DNA of 64,000 nucleotides from an uncultured Chloroflexia bacterium (GCA_963720755.1 CAVRGP010000013.1:128001-192000), one strand, 5' to 3'. Shown: positions 34,204 through 44,896, numbered from the stretch's first letter. The notes: a model not told the origin generated them from the letters alone. Translations and numbers: made by a program.

Positions 34204-37200
34204 GTCGCCTCAGTCGATACGCCGTGAGCAAGCGCAGCGTGACCCTCCTGTTCGCGATGGCGCTGTTCGTCGCCGGGATCTCCTCGTGGGGGAGCCTGAA
34301 GCAGGAACTCCTGCCGGATATCGCCTTCCCGGTATTCACGATCGTCGCACCGTATCCCGGCGCAGGTTCCTCCGATGTCGCCCAGCAGGTGACCCTGCCG
34401 ATCGAGCGTGCGGTCGGGTCCGTCCCGCGCCTCGAGACCATCCAATCGACGTCCTCGAACTCGATCTCGCTGGTCGTGACCCAGTTCACCTACGGCACCG
34501 ACGTGAAGGCCACGACATCCGCCATCGAAGACGCCCTGGCGAAGGCGACCCTGCCCGATTCGGTCAGCCCGACGGTGCAGGCCCTGGACATCAACGCATC
34601 GCCGGTGGTGATCTCATCGATCGCGTCAACCGGCGCGGGCAGCCTCGATGATGTCGCGACGATCGCCCGTCGTGAGATCGTCCCGGAAGTCGCCTCGATC
34701 GAGGGTGTCGCCCGTGCCGACCTGACCGGAGGCCTCGAGACCAGGCTTGCCGTCACCCTCGATCCCGAGAAGCTGGCGGCCGCCGGGATCTCGAGCCAGC
34801 AGGTGGTCGGGGTCCTCAGCGCCAACAACCTGACCCTTCCGTCGGGCCAGCTCCCGGCCGACGGCTCGAAGATCCCGGTGTCCACGATCGGCCGGCTGAC
34901 TTCGGCGGATGACGTTTCGGGTCTGGTCGTGGGCTACGCCGGGACCCCGCCGGCGGCGAAGCCGGTCACGATCGGCGACCTGGGGACGGTGGAGCTGGAT
35001 GCCGTGGCGACGACCGGCTACGGACGAACGAATGCCCAGCCGGCGCTGACCCTGACGGTCTCGAAGACCTCGGACGCCAACACGGTCGAGGTCGCCGACG
35101 CGGTCCAGGCCAAGCTTGAGGAGGTCGCGGCTCGGCACAGCGACGTCCTCACCATCACGACCGTCCAGGACCTGTCCGTGTTCATCAAGGAGTCCCGCGA
35201 CGGCCTGCTCCGCGAGGGCGGTCTCGGCGCGGTCTTCGCCATCCTCACGATCTTCCTGTTCCTGTTCAGCATCCGCGCCACGGTCGTGGCGGCGATCAGC
35301 ATCCCGCTGTCGATCCTGACCGCCCTGGTGGTCATGCAGTTGACCGGGGTGACGATCAACATCATGACCCTCGGCGGGCTCGCGGTCGCGGTCGGAAGGG
35401 TGGTCGACGACGCGATCGTCGTCCTCGAAAACATCTATCGTCACAGATCGCTCGGTGAGGACCGACTGACGGCCTCCATCAACGGGCCCCGGGAGGTCGC
35501 CGGGGCGATCACCGCGAGCACCCTGACGACGGTGGCCGTGTTCCTGCCGCTCGGGTTCGTCGGCGGGCTGGTCTCGCAATTCTTCCTGCCGTTCGCCCTG
35601 ACCGTCACCTTCGCCCTGCTGGCCTCGCTGGTCTGCGCCCTGACCGTCGTGCCCGTCCTCGCCTACCTCCTCGTCCGCAACGTCGGCGCGGACGTCGACG
35701 AGACCGGCGAACCGCGACGTTCCATCTGGGTCCACCTGTACACGCCGATCATCCAGTTCGTCCTGCGCGGTCGTTGGACGAAGCTCGCCGTTGTCGCGGT
35801 CGCGGCCGCCTTGTTCCTCGTCTCGGCCTCGCTCGCACCGCTCCTGCCGACCCAGTTCATCAATGCTGGGTCCGAGAAGACGATCATCGTGTCCGTGTCA
35901 CCGCCGACCGGAGCGACATCGGCCGCGGTCCTCGCCAGGTCGATCGAGGTCGAGACCGTCCTGCTTGCCGACCCCGATGTCCAACTCGTCCAGACGAGCA
36001 TCCCGGGTGAGGGTGACACCAGCTCGCAGGCTTTCCTGTCCGCCCAGCAGGGTCGGGCCAGCAACAGCGCGACGATGACGGTCCGGCTGAACGAGGACGC
36101 GGATCTGGCGGCAGCGACCACCCGACTCGCCGCGGCCATGGAACCGCTGAAGACCGACGGGTACGACGTCACGGTGTCATCGGGTGGCGGGTTCACCTCG
36201 AACGGCCTGCGTGTCGTCGTGACCGGCCAGTCGCCGGCAGATGTCGCCCAGGCGACCGATGCGGTCCTCACCGGCCTCGTCGACCAGCCGGATCTGGCGA
36301 ACCTCCAGAGCGACCTGGTCAAGGCCACGCCGGAGGTCCAGGTCACCGTCGACCCGAACAAGGCGATCACCGTCGGCCTGACGGCCGCCCAGGTCGCGAA
36401 CCAGGTCCGGGCGGCGCTCGTTGCCCAGACCGCAACGAGCATCCAGTCGCCCGATGGCCAGACGGTGGCGGTCGTCGTCCAGCTCGATCCGTCCGCGGTC
36501 GCGACCGTCGGCGAGCTCAGTGCGCTGCCGGTCGGGACCGTCTCGACCGTGCCTCTCGGCGCGATCTCCACGATCGAGCAGGTCGATGTCCAGGGCAGCA
36601 TCACCCGGATCGACCAGCAGCCGGCCGCGTCGATCACGGCAGAGATCACGAGCGACGACACCGGCGCGGTGTCGGCCTCCGTGCAGACGGAACTGGATGC
36701 GCTGGCTGAAGCCGGATCGTTCCCACCCGGCACGACCGCGGAACTGGCGGGCGTCAGCCAGCAGCAGACCGAGGCGTTCAGCGGCTTGTTCGCCTCGATG
36801 GGCGTCGCGATCCTGCTGGTCTACGTGATGATGGTCCTCACCTTCGATTCGCTGGTGACCCCGTTCGTCATCCTGTTCACCCTGCCACTGGCCACCATCG
36901 GGGCCTTCCCGGCCTTGCTCCTCACCGGACGACCGATCGGCGTCAGCGCCCTGATCGGCTTCCTGATGTTGATCGGGATCGTGGTGACCAACGCCATCGT
37001 CCTGCTCGACCTGGTCGAACGGTTGCGGCGTGAGGGTCACTCCACCCATGACGCCCTGGTCGAGGGTGGCCGTACCCGTGTTCGGCCGATCCTGATGACG
37101 GCATTCGCGACGATCCTCGCGCTGATCCCGCTCGCGGCCGGGTTCAACCAGGGATCGATCATCGCGGCTGAGCTCGGGACCGTGGTCATCGGTGGGCTGT

Positions 37201-37328
37201 TCAGCTCGACCGCACTGACCCTGGTCGTCATCCCGGTCGTGTACTCGCTCATGGAGAGCCTGAAGACTCGGGTCGGGCGTCGGTTCGGGATGCAGGCACC
37301 GAACGAGATGGCCAGCGCCGTCGAGTAG
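34200..37328 (+). CDS. RND efflux permease (AcrB/SwrC-like)
   Basis: GRVVDDAIVVLENI, GIVVTNAI, RVRPILMT; 1042 aa. Confidence 0.95.
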   Translation: MSRLSRYAVSKRSVTLLFAMALFVAGISSWGSLKQELLPDIAFPVFTIVAPYPGAGSSDVAQQVTLPIERAVGSVPRLETIQSTSSNSISLVVTQFTYGTDVKATTSAIEDALAKATLPDSVSPTVQALDINASPVVISSIASTGAGSLDDVATIARREIVPEVASIEGVARADLTGGLETRLAVTLDPEKLAAAGISSQQVVGVLSANNLTLPSGQLPADGSKIPVSTIGRLTSADDVSGLVVGYAGTPPAAKPVTIGDLGTVELDAVATTGYGRTNAQPALTLTVSKTSDANTVEVADAVQAKLEEVAARHSDVLTITTVQDLSVFIKESRDGLLREGGLGAVFAILTIFLFLFSIRATVVAAISIPLSILTALVVMQLTGVTINIMTLGGLAVAVGRVVDDAIVVLENIYRHRSLGEDRLTASINGPREVAGAITASTLTTVAVFLPLGFVGGLVSQFFLPFALTVTFALLASLVCALTVVPVLAYLLVRNVGADVDETGEPRRSIWVHLYTPIIQFVLRGRWTKLAVVAVAAALFLVSASLAPLLPTQFINAGSEKTIIVSVSPPTGATSAAVLARSIEVETVLLADPDVQLVQTSIPGEGDTSSQAFLSAQQGRASNSATMTVRLNEDADLAAATTRLAAAMEPLKTDGYDVTVSSGGGFTSNGLRVVVTGQSPADVAQATDAVLTGLVDQPDLANLQSDLVKATPEVQVTVDPNKAITVGLTAAQVANQVRAALVAQTATSIQSPDGQTVAVVVQLDPSAVATVGELSALPVGTVSTVPLGAISTIEQVDVQGSITRIDQQPAASITAEITSDDTGAVSASVQTELDALAEAGSFPPGTTAELAGVSQQQTEAFSGLFASMGVAILLVYVMMVLTFDSLVTPFVILFTLPLATIGAFPALLLTGRPIGVSALIGFLMLIGIVVTNAIVLLDLVERLRREGHSTHDALVEGGRTRVRPILMTAFATILALIPLAAGFNQGSIIAAELGTVVIGGLFSSTALTLVVIPVVYSLMESLKTRVGRRFGMQAPNEMASAVE

Positions 37329-37375
37329 ACTCTGAGCGGCGCCGAGCCGCGCGCCGGAGGAGGACCGACCCGGCG

Positions 37376-39541
37376 ATGACCGAGAGCATCCCCGCGACCC
37401 CGCCCGGGTCGAGCCTGGTGCCAGGCTGGCTGCAGCGCCTGGCCGCCTACGGCTGGCGGATCCTGGCGACGATCGCCCTGGCCCTCGTCGCCCTGGCCAT
37501 CCTGGCGACGATCTCGACCGTCTCGATCTCCATCCTGGTCGCGGCCATCGTGGCCGCCACGTTCGCCCCATTCATCCTGAGGCTCCGGGATCGGGGATGG
37601 TCGAGGATCAAGGCGGCGGCGGCGGTCTTCGTCGGGGCCGGCGTAGTGATCATCGCGGCGTTCGTCGCGATCGCACTCGCGTTCGTTCCATACGCCTCCG
37701 CCGTCGTCAGCAACATCACCGCCGGGCTGGACGCATTGCGGACGGAACTGGCCAACCTCGACCTGCCGCCCGAGGTGGGGATGGCGATCAGCGCCGCGAC
37801 GCAGGACCTCCAGGCATGGGTCTCAGATGCCATGTCCGGCATCGTGGGCGATGTCGCGAACCTGGCCACCATCGGCATCCTGGCCACCTTCCTGACCTTC
37901 TTCTTCATGATGGATGGCGACAAGGCGTGGCTCTGGGTCCTGTCGGCCGCGAATGCGTGGCGGCGGGACGCGATCACATCCGCCGGTGATGTCGCCCTTG
38001 CCCGGGTCGGCGGGTACTTGCGCGGGACCGCGGTCCTGGCGGCCATCGCCGGCCTCAGTCAGGGAGCCTTCCTGGTCCTTCTCGGTGTGCCGTTCGCCGG
38101 CCCGCTGGCGGTCCTCGTCTTCCTGGGCCGGTTCATCCCGTATCTCGGGGGACTGGTGACGACCGTCGTGTTGTTGCTGGTGACGCTCGCCACCGCCGGC
38201 TCCGGTCCGGCGTTGGTCCTGCTTGCGCTCATCGCGATCCTCGACGTCATCCTGGGCAAGTTCGTGGCCCCGGTGGTGTACAGCCGAACCGTCCACATCC
38301 ACCCCGCGCTCGTCCTCGTGGCGCTCCCTGCCGGCGCGGCGGTGGCCGGGACGATCGGGCTGTTCGCGGCCATCCCGTTCGTCGCATTCGTGATGGCGAT
38401 CGTCGGCTCCGTCGTGGACGTCCTCGGCGTCGAGCCGTCGACCGAAGGATCGGACGATCTCCTCGTCCCGCTGTGGCTGGACCGTCTCGGTCAGTGGAGT
38501 TGGCGGCTCCTCGTGGTTGCCGGGCTGTTCACCGTGCTCATCGCGGCGATGATCCAGGTCCCCATCGTCGTCTACCCGGTCGTACTCGGGATCGTCGTCG
38601 CGTCCACGCTCCTCCCGTTGGGCGCCCGTTTCGAGGCTCTCGGCTGGAGTCACGCCCGTGCAGCACTGGCGGCGACCCTGGGCATGGTCGTCGGTGTCAC
38701 CGTCATCGTCGGGTTGACGGTCGTATCCCTCATCGGTGCGGCCAGCCAGATGACCGGCACCGGTGTCTCCGGGGCGGAGTCAGCGAACGACGGCCTCGGC
38801 GGCGCGCTCGGTGCTGGGGTGAGTCTTGTCCAGGCCTTCGGGAGCGGGATCCTGGTCACGATCTCGAGCGTCGCCTCCGCCCTCGGCGGGCTGGCGGTGA
38901 TCCTGCTCCTCTCGACCCTGCTGACGTTCTACTTCATGCGCGACGGCGATCGAGCCTGGCGCGCCTTCCTCGACCGCATCGAGCCCGGGCGCCGGTCGCA
39001 CGTCGAGGCCGCTGGTAGCCGGGCGGTCGGCGTCCTCGGCGGGTACATGATCGGGACCGGAGCGATCTCGATCTTCGGGGCGGCGACGCAGTTCCTGATC
39101 ATGACCATCCTCGGCATCCCACTCGCGCTGCCGCTGGCCATCCTCGCCGTCTTCGGCGGCTTCATCCCCTATATCGGGTCCATCGTCACGACCGGCCTCG
39201 CATTCCTCGTCACCGTCGCGACCGGCACGCCGCAGGACATCGCGATCATGGGTGTGTTCACGATCGTCTTCAACATCGTGCAGGGCAATTTCGTGGCGCC
39301 GATCGTGTACAGCCGTGTCGTCAGCCTGCACCCGGCGGTCGTCCTGGCAGCCATCCCTGCCGGCAGCGAGATCGCGGGTGTCGCCGGGATGTTCCTGGTC
39401 GTCCCGTTCCTCGGCGTGGTCGCAACGGTCTGGAGAACGCTCCTCGTGGCCCTCGATCCGGAGCCGGTCGGGCCCACCACAGCGGGCGCGGCCAGCGACG
39501 TCGGGGCGGAGCACCCGACACCGGCGGTCGCCTCGGGCTGA
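37376..39541 (+). CDS. AI-2E (PerM) family transporter with two fused repeats
   Basis: LTFFFMMDG/LTFYFMRDG, GGY, FIPYLG/FIPYIG and YSR.V.xHPA each occur twice. Confidence 0.88.
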   Translation: MTESIPATPPGSSLVPGWLQRLAAYGWRILATIALALVALAILATISTVSISILVAAIVAATFAPFILRLRDRGWSRIKAAAAVFVGAGVVIIAAFVAIALAFVPYASAVVSNITAGLDALRTELANLDLPPEVGMAISAATQDLQAWVSDAMSGIVGDVANLATIGILATFLTFFFMMDGDKAWLWVLSAANAWRRDAITSAGDVALARVGGYLRGTAVLAAIAGLSQGAFLVLLGVPFAGPLAVLVFLGRFIPYLGGLVTTVVLLLVTLATAGSGPALVLLALIAILDVILGKFVAPVVYSRTVHIHPALVLVALPAGAAVAGTIGLFAAIPFVAFVMAIVGSVVDVLGVEPSTEGSDDLLVPLWLDRLGQWSWRLLVVAGLFTVLIAAMIQVPIVVYPVVLGIVVASTLLPLGARFEALGWSHARAALAATLGMVVGVTVIVGLTVVSLIGAASQMTGTGVSGAESANDGLGGALGAGVSLVQAFGSGILVTISSVASALGGLAVILLLSTLLTFYFMRDGDRAWRAFLDRIEPGRRSHVEAAGSRAVGVLGGYMIGTGAISIFGAATQFLIMTILGIPLALPLAILAVFGGFIPYIGSIVTTGLAFLVTVATGTPQDIAIMGVFTIVFNIVQGNFVAPIVYSRVVSLHPAVVLAAIPAGSEIAGVAGMFLVVPFLGVVATVWRTLLVALDPEPVGPTTAGAASDVGAEHPTPAVASG

Positions 39542-39629
39542 GCGGCCCCGCTGCGCGTATAGTTGGGGCTGAACCATGCACGTGCGTCGGGCGACGACGA
39601 TCGTCGCTGGCCCACCCAGGGAGGAATCG

Positions 39630-40067
39630 ATGACACTCGGTCCACTCGAATACACCGTCCTCGGGTTCGAGGGCAATCGGTTCAACGGCGAGATCGCGAA
39701 GGAGATCGAGAAGGTCGTCGAGGCCGGCATCATCCGCCTCGTCGACGTCGTCTTCGTCACCAAGGACATCGATGGCGATGTCGCCGTCGTGGAACTCGAC
39801 AACAAGGAAGATGAGCGGTTCGCCAGCTTCACCGGGATGATGGACGGGCTGATGGGCCTCCTGACCCCGGACGACATCGAGAAGCTGGCCGACGGACTGC
39901 CGACCAACACGTCTGCCCTCATCCTCCTGTTCGAGCACCACTGGGCGGTCGGGATCAAGGACGCGATCGCCGGTGCCGGCGGCTTCCTCATCAGCCGGGA
40001 CACGATCCCGCCGGAAGCCCTCGAGATGGTGAACGCCGAGCTCGAAGCAGCAGCGATCTCGGCCTGA
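39630..40067 (+). CDS. DUF6325/DUF1269-like protein
   Basis: MTLGPLEY..F.GN.F.GEI, IRLVD, FEHHWA. Confidence 0.8.
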   Translation: MTLGPLEYTVLGFEGNRFNGEIAKEIEKVVEAGIIRLVDVVFVTKDIDGDVAVVELDNKEDERFASFTGMMDGLMGLLTPDDIEKLADGLPTNTSALILLFEHHWAVGIKDAIAGAGGFLISRDTIPPEALEMVNAELEAAAISA

Positions 40068-40098
40068 CGGCCGAACCAGAAAGGAACAGGAAGACATC

Positions 40099-40437
40099 AT
40101 GCGACGACGACGAGGCCCGGGCCTCCTGATGACTGCGGCCGTGGTGGGCACAGCCGCTCACGTGGGTGCATCGAGCGCGAACAAGAGCGCCCAGGCGCAG
40201 GCCAACGAACAGTCCCAGAACCAGCAGCTGGCCGACCTTGAGGCCCAGAACGCGGCCCTGCAGCAGCAGATGGCCCAGCAGCCGACCTATGCGGCGCCCG
40301 CGCCGGCTGCGGCCCCGGCAGCCGCTCCGGTCGATCCGACGACGGCTGCCCTGCAGAACCTGGCGAACCTCCACGCTCAGGGCATCCTGAGTGACGAGGA
40401 ATTCGCAGCTGCCAAGGCGAAGGCCCTCGGGATCTAG
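40099..40437 (+). CDS. SHOCT domain protein
   Basis: TAAVVGTA N-terminus, Gln/Ala/Pro linker, LANLHAQGILSDEEFAAAKAKALG. Confidence 0.85.
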   Translation: MRRRRGPGLLMTAAVVGTAAHVGASSANKSAQAQANEQSQNQQLADLEAQNAALQQQMAQQPTYAAPAPAAAPAAAPVDPTTAALQNLANLHAQGILSDEEFAAAKAKALGI

Positions 40438-40442
40438 GCCCC

Positions 40443-40503
40443 CGCGCCACGACGGTGGCGCGTTCAGAGAACGTCGTGCGTCAGGCCTCGTGCCTGGCGC
40501 ACG
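40443..40503. terminator. Two hairpins between convergent genes, probable bidirectional terminator
   Basis: CGCGCCAC/GTGGCGCG and a 12-bp stem CGTGCGTCAGGC/GCCTGGCGCACG. Confidence 0.5.
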
Positions 40504-40527
40504 TTCATATTCGGGTGCGTCGCCTCG

Positions 40528-41862
40528 CTAGAGCAGGCGCGAGACGCGATCCATCGCGGCGTTCCAGGCGCGGTCTTTCGTCCCGGTCGGTGCCACGGCG
40601 GGCGTCGACATGGCCACCAGCTCGTCGAAGATGGTGCGCTCCGTGAGCTCGGCGATCGCGGGATCGTCGAACAGAAGGTCGAGCTCGTCGTTCCGGAAGA
40701 GCGACAGATCGTCCAGGTTGCAGCCGCCGATGAGGACCTGGTCGTCGATCCGGAGCACCTTCGCGTGGGCCATCTCCGGGTGGAGGAGGATCTCCGCGCC
40801 GGCATCGAGGAGCCGGCCGTACCAATGCCGGAAGGCTGCGGCCGGATAGGGCGGGGTCGGCTTGCCCGGCGCGACGAGGCGCACCCGGACCCCGCGCAAC
40901 GCCGCCTCGAGCAGGCGTTCGAGGATGGCCCGGTTCGAGATGTACGGGTTGACGATGTGGATCTCGCGAGCCGCGTCGTCGAGGGCCTGCTCGATCGTGT
41001 CGCTGATCGGATGGTGGCCGGTCCCGGGGACGTTCCACAGGACGGTCGTTGCGGCCTTGACCGGCGCGTCCGGTGCGACCACGAGGGTCTCCGGGGGGAA
41101 GTAGCGCAGGAGCGATGGGTCGGCCGGCGCCGATCCGTCGTTGTTCCGCCAACTCATCAGGAAGACGGCCGCAAGGTGCGCCACGATCGGCCCTTCCACC
41201 CGGCACATGACGTCGTAGAAGCGCTCGTCGTTGTAGTGGTCCTCGATCCCGCTTCCGCCGACATAGCCGACCCGACCATCGACCACGATCATCTTGCGAT
41301 GGTCGAAATGGAGCAGGTCCTCGGCATTGGGCTGGAAGGTCCGGGCACCGACTTCGCCCCGTCGAAGCACGACGACACCGTCGTGGGCCACGATCTCGAC
41401 ACCCGCCTCGCGGAGACGGCGGAACAGATCCTTGCTGCCGAGATCGACCTCGCTGCCGATCGCGTCGACGGCCAACCGGACCTCGACGCCTGCCTTGACC
41501 CGATCTGCCAGGGCGTCCAGGAACAGCTCGCCGATGTCACCGGGCTTGTAGCCGTAGATCAGCAGGTGGACGTGATCGGTCGCCGCGGCGATGTCCTCGA
41601 GGATCCGCGGGAAGTAGCGACGGCCGTGCAGGAGCGGGTCGACCGCCGTTGCGATGGCGGGCGCGAAGACCTTGGTCAGATCGGCCCTGCGGACGCGGGG
41701 CAGGGCGACCAGCTCCGCCGTCCTGGCGGCGGCCGTTTCCGGCCGGATGGCATCGGGATCGAATGGGTCGGTCGGGACGCGGGTCGCCCGCCGGCGGCTG
41801 AGCGCTGCGCCGGTCGTCGCGATCGCGGCGCCCAGCGCGAATGTTCGTCGCTTCTTGCTCAT
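40528..41862 (-). CDS. Phospholipase D / cardiolipin synthase family protein
   Basis: Two HKD motifs: HRKMIVVD and HAKVLRID; NPY. Confidence 0.88.
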   Translation of the reverse strand: MSKKRRTFALGAAIATTGAALSRRRATRVPTDPFDPDAIRPETAAARTAELVALPRVRRADLTKVFAPAIATAVDPLLHGRRYFPRILEDIAAATDHVHLLIYGYKPGDIGELFLDALADRVKAGVEVRLAVDAIGSEVDLGSKDLFRRLREAGVEIVAHDGVVVLRRGEVGARTFQPNAEDLLHFDHRKMIVVDGRVGYVGGSGIEDHYNDERFYDVMCRVEGPIVAHLAAVFLMSWRNNDGSAPADPSLLRYFPPETLVVAPDAPVKAATTVLWNVPGTGHHPISDTIEQALDDAAREIHIVNPYISNRAILERLLEAALRGVRVRLVAPGKPTPPYPAAAFRHWYGRLLDAGAEILLHPEMAHAKVLRIDDQVLIGGCNLDDLSLFRNDELDLLFDDPAIAELTERTIFDELVAMSTPAVAPTGTKDRAWNAAMDRVSRLL

Positions 41863-41916
41863 CGGATGGTGTGTCGCGGTCGCATTCGAGACCCCCTGGG
41901 TTTGCCGATCGGACCG

Positions 41917-44076
41917 CTACTGTACCGCTTGCGTTCCCGGGGTGGCGGACTCGCTGGCCGGTGCGACTGCCGCCGCTGGCGTCGGGATGGACCCGGCCGG
42001 CTTGCCGAGCTGGATCCCGATCGCATCGAGCCATCGCCGGATGTTCCGGTAGATGGCCGGAGCGCCGAGCGGGACCTCCTCGTCGAGTTCCCACTCGACC
42101 GGATGGAGGATGAACGGCTCGGTCTGCGGGCCGCCGAGGCCGCCATGCGAGCCGATCAGTTCCTCGAACGCGGCGACCTCGCCCATCTCCGGATCGTACT
42201 GGCTGATGAGCAGGAGGTCCGGCGCGTTGACCATGGCGTCCTCTCGCCGCAGGCTCATCACGGTATGCGGCCCGAAGATCGTCGTCGGGTCCTCGCCCTC
42301 GACCCGATCCTGGTCGAGGAACCGAGTGCCCTTCGGCCCGAACACGACGGCGCCGAACTCGCTCGAGCGGACCATCAGCATCCCCACGCCAGGGTGGGCC
42401 GCGACGGCCGCGACGAGGCCGGGGTGAAGCTCCTCGAGTTCTTCCACGGTGAGCCGGTGATCGTGACCGGTGAACCAGACGAGTCCGAGGTTCCCGGAAC
42501 CGACGACCGCGATGGACGACGCATCGGCGACGGGCGGCTCCGCCTCGGAATCGAGATCGACGATGCCGTCGGTGGTCTTCCCCTTGAGGGCCGCTCGCGC
42601 GACCGTCGGCCCGACGCCCTGGCTCTTGGTGATCTCCGACAGGAACGAATTCACGAAGACCGACCCCTCGGCCTTCGTCGCGGTCTGGATCACGGTGGCG
42701 CGTCCGCTCATGAGACTGCGGACGAACTCGCCCAGACTGACCCCGTAGCGCTGGAGGAAGGTGGCGCCAAGGCTCTGGCCGTGGTCGGACAGGACGATGA
42801 ACTTGTACGGCCGCGGCGCCTCGGCGGCTGCCTTGACCAACGTCTCGACTGCCCGGTCGACACCGTCGAGCGCCTCGAACGACTCGACCCGCTCCGGGCC
42901 GCAGTGGTGGGCCAGTTCGTCGTAGTCGGTGAAGTCCGCATAGATGACGTTCGCGCCCCGGTACATCTCCTCGATGATCAGCGACGTGTTGACGTCGCGG
43001 AGGATCACGTTGCTGGCGGCGCGCATCCCGGCGTACTTGAGTCCCCGGTGCATCTGCGGGCGGACACCGGCCCGGCGGGTGCGACGCGCCTGGATCATCT
43101 CCTTGATGAACTCGCCGAGGAAGAGCGTGAACGAGCGCAGGTACCCGCTCGGGCTGAAGAAGAAGCTCAGGAAGGCCTGGCTGTCGCCGATCCCTCCGCC
43201 CTCCGCCTTGATCGACGCGGTCGTCAGGTACGACCGTGTCGCATCGCCGGTCATGAGGTTGCAGATGCTCGCGCCGTTGTTCGACAGCAGCCCCTGACCA
43301 TTGCTGATCCGCGACACGATGAGCGCGGCGTCCGCCGGATTGCTCGACGCCATGAGGTGCTCGCGGTCACGCTCGTACCAGCGGAAAGCCGGGATCCCGT
43401 CGTTGTTGCCGTGCAGGATGCCAGCCTGGCTGGCCGAGGTCATCGACGGCAGGATCGCCTCCCAACGCGACAGCTTGTGGCTGCCGTCGCGGACCCAGCT
43501 GGCCAGGGTGTTGACGGAGCCGGCACGCATCCTTCCGGCCAGGATCGGATGGGCCAGGCCGTCGATCTGGAGGATGACGAGTCCGGGCTTGTCGCTGCGC
43601 GCCGCGGCGCGTTTGACCATCAAGCGCTGGACCAGCAGGCCGTAATAGGAGCCGCCACTGTCGATTCCGAGGATGGCCGTCAGGATCGTATTGACGATCG
43701 CATAGATGAATGAGGCGATCAGCGCGGTCGTGAACCCGTCGACATGGATCCCGGGTGCCCACTGGGCGACGACCAGGAACGCCGCGATCTGCAGCACCAG
43801 GACGAGGATCGCCGTGAGGACGAGCGAGATGGACGCGGCGAAGGTGAGGATCACCGGGCGGACCGCCGCCTGGAACAGGGCGATCAGGACGACCGCGACG
43901 ACGGCGTCGAGCGCACGATCCACCGTCAACCGGGGCATGAGCCAGGCGGTGACGAGGAATGAGATCGTGGCGACCACGAGGGTGACGGCCAGGCGCTTGA
44001 GCAGCGCCACGCGTCCGCCGCGCCATTCCCACAGCACGCGCAACTGCGTTTCGTAGAAGCCGAGCAGTCGGCCCAT
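41917..44076 (-). CDS. 4-TMS phage-holin-like domain fused to an alkaline phosphatase/phosphodiesterase superfamily domain
   Basis: N-terminal 4 TM (VRPVIL), QIDGL, TSASQ, DYDELAHH, SDHGQ, GSHGGLGG. Confidence 0.82.
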   Translation of the reverse strand: MGRLLGFYETQLRVLWEWRGGRVALLKRLAVTLVVATISFLVTAWLMPRLTVDRALDAVVAVVLIALFQAAVRPVILTFAASISLVLTAILVLVLQIAAFLVVAQWAPGIHVDGFTTALIASFIYAIVNTILTAILGIDSGGSYYGLLVQRLMVKRAAARSDKPGLVILQIDGLAHPILAGRMRAGSVNTLASWVRDGSHKLSRWEAILPSMTSASQAGILHGNNDGIPAFRWYERDREHLMASSNPADAALIVSRISNGQGLLSNNGASICNLMTGDATRSYLTTASIKAEGGGIGDSQAFLSFFFSPSGYLRSFTLFLGEFIKEMIQARRTRRAGVRPQMHRGLKYAGMRAASNVILRDVNTSLIIEEMYRGANVIYADFTDYDELAHHCGPERVESFEALDGVDRAVETLVKAAAEAPRPYKFIVLSDHGQSLGATFLQRYGVSLGEFVRSLMSGRATVIQTATKAEGSVFVNSFLSEITKSQGVGPTVARAALKGKTTDGIVDLDSEAEPPVADASSIAVVGSGNLGLVWFTGHDHRLTVEELEELHPGLVAAVAAHPGVGMLMVRSSEFGAVVFGPKGTRFLDQDRVEGEDPTTIFGPHTVMSLRREDAMVNAPDLLLISQYDPEMGEVAAFEELIGSHGGLGGPQTEPFILHPVEWELDEEVPLGAPAIYRNIRRWLDAIGIQLGKPAGSIPTPAAAVAPASESATPGTQAVQ

Positions 44077-44266
44077 CGTCGGTGGATCCTCCCTCGATCT
44101 CGGGCGTGCAGCCCGTCTTGATGTGCACAGCATAGGGCGCGGTGCGGCGGTACGATGGACGCTCCGTCGCTACCCGATCGCATCCCCGCAGGCGACTCAC
44201 GCCGCGCCGATCGGGTCGACAGCACGCGACCAGCCGCGCGCATGGCCGCACACAGGAGGCACACCG

Positions 44267-44890
44267 ATGTCCGAAGAGACCAAGGCTGCAAGCACGACTG
44301 ACGACACAGTCGTCGTCAGCGGCGTCGTCGCCGACGAGGCAGGGATCATCGCCGAAGGGGCCATCGCGGTCGAGGGCGACCATGCGCTGGTCGTGGCCCG
44401 GTTCGCGGATACGACCTCAGCGAGGGCCGTCTATGACGACCTGCTGTCGGCCGAGCTCGACGGGTCGCTCCACATCGATGGCGTGCTCGTCGTCAAGGCA
44501 GACGACGGAGGGCGCCTGCACGTCGAGAAGATGACGGACCACAGCACCCGGACCGGCCTGAAGTGGGGCGTCGTCGGCGGCGTCGTCGCGGCCGTGTTCC
44601 TGCCGGCCACGATCATCGCCGGTGCCGTGACCCTCGGCGTTGCGGGCGCCGCCGCCGGCAAGGCCCGGAACCTGGCGCGACGGCTTGAGGTCGAGAAGGG
44701 CCTGGCCGACGTCATCACGCCGGGAACATCCGGGATCCTGGCCATGGTGACCGCGAGCGATGCCCCGGCGGTCGCAGCCAAGATGCCCGGCGCCGAGGAA
44801 GTCAAGACCGTCAAGGTCGACGATGAGACCGCGACCGCCGTGAAGGAAGCCGCGACCGAAGCCGAGGCCGTGACCCCATCGGGTAGCTGA
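44267..44890 (+). CDS. DUF1269-like membrane protein
   Basis: Gly-rich helical hairpin (WGVVGGVV...GAAAG), PGTSGI; AGGAGG RBS. Confidence 0.75.
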   Translation: MSEETKAASTTDDTVVVSGVVADEAGIIAEGAIAVEGDHALVVARFADTTSARAVYDDLLSAELDGSLHIDGVLVVKADDGGRLHVEKMTDHSTRTGLKWGVVGGVVAAVFLPATIIAGAVTLGVAGAAAGKARNLARRLEVEKGLADVITPGTSGILAMVTASDAPAVAAKMPGAEEVKTVKVDDETATAVKEAATEAEAVTPSGS

Positions 44891-44896
44891 CGGATG

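Noticed and set aside
40765-43713. 982-aa plus-strand ORF
   Set aside because: Antisense shadow of the PLD and holin-phosphodiesterase genes, expected from high-GC codon bias; no recognisable motifs
41917-44076. Holin domain as evidence of a prophage
   Set aside because: No endolysin, structural, terminase or integrase genes; the domain is fused to a cellular-type phosphoesterase
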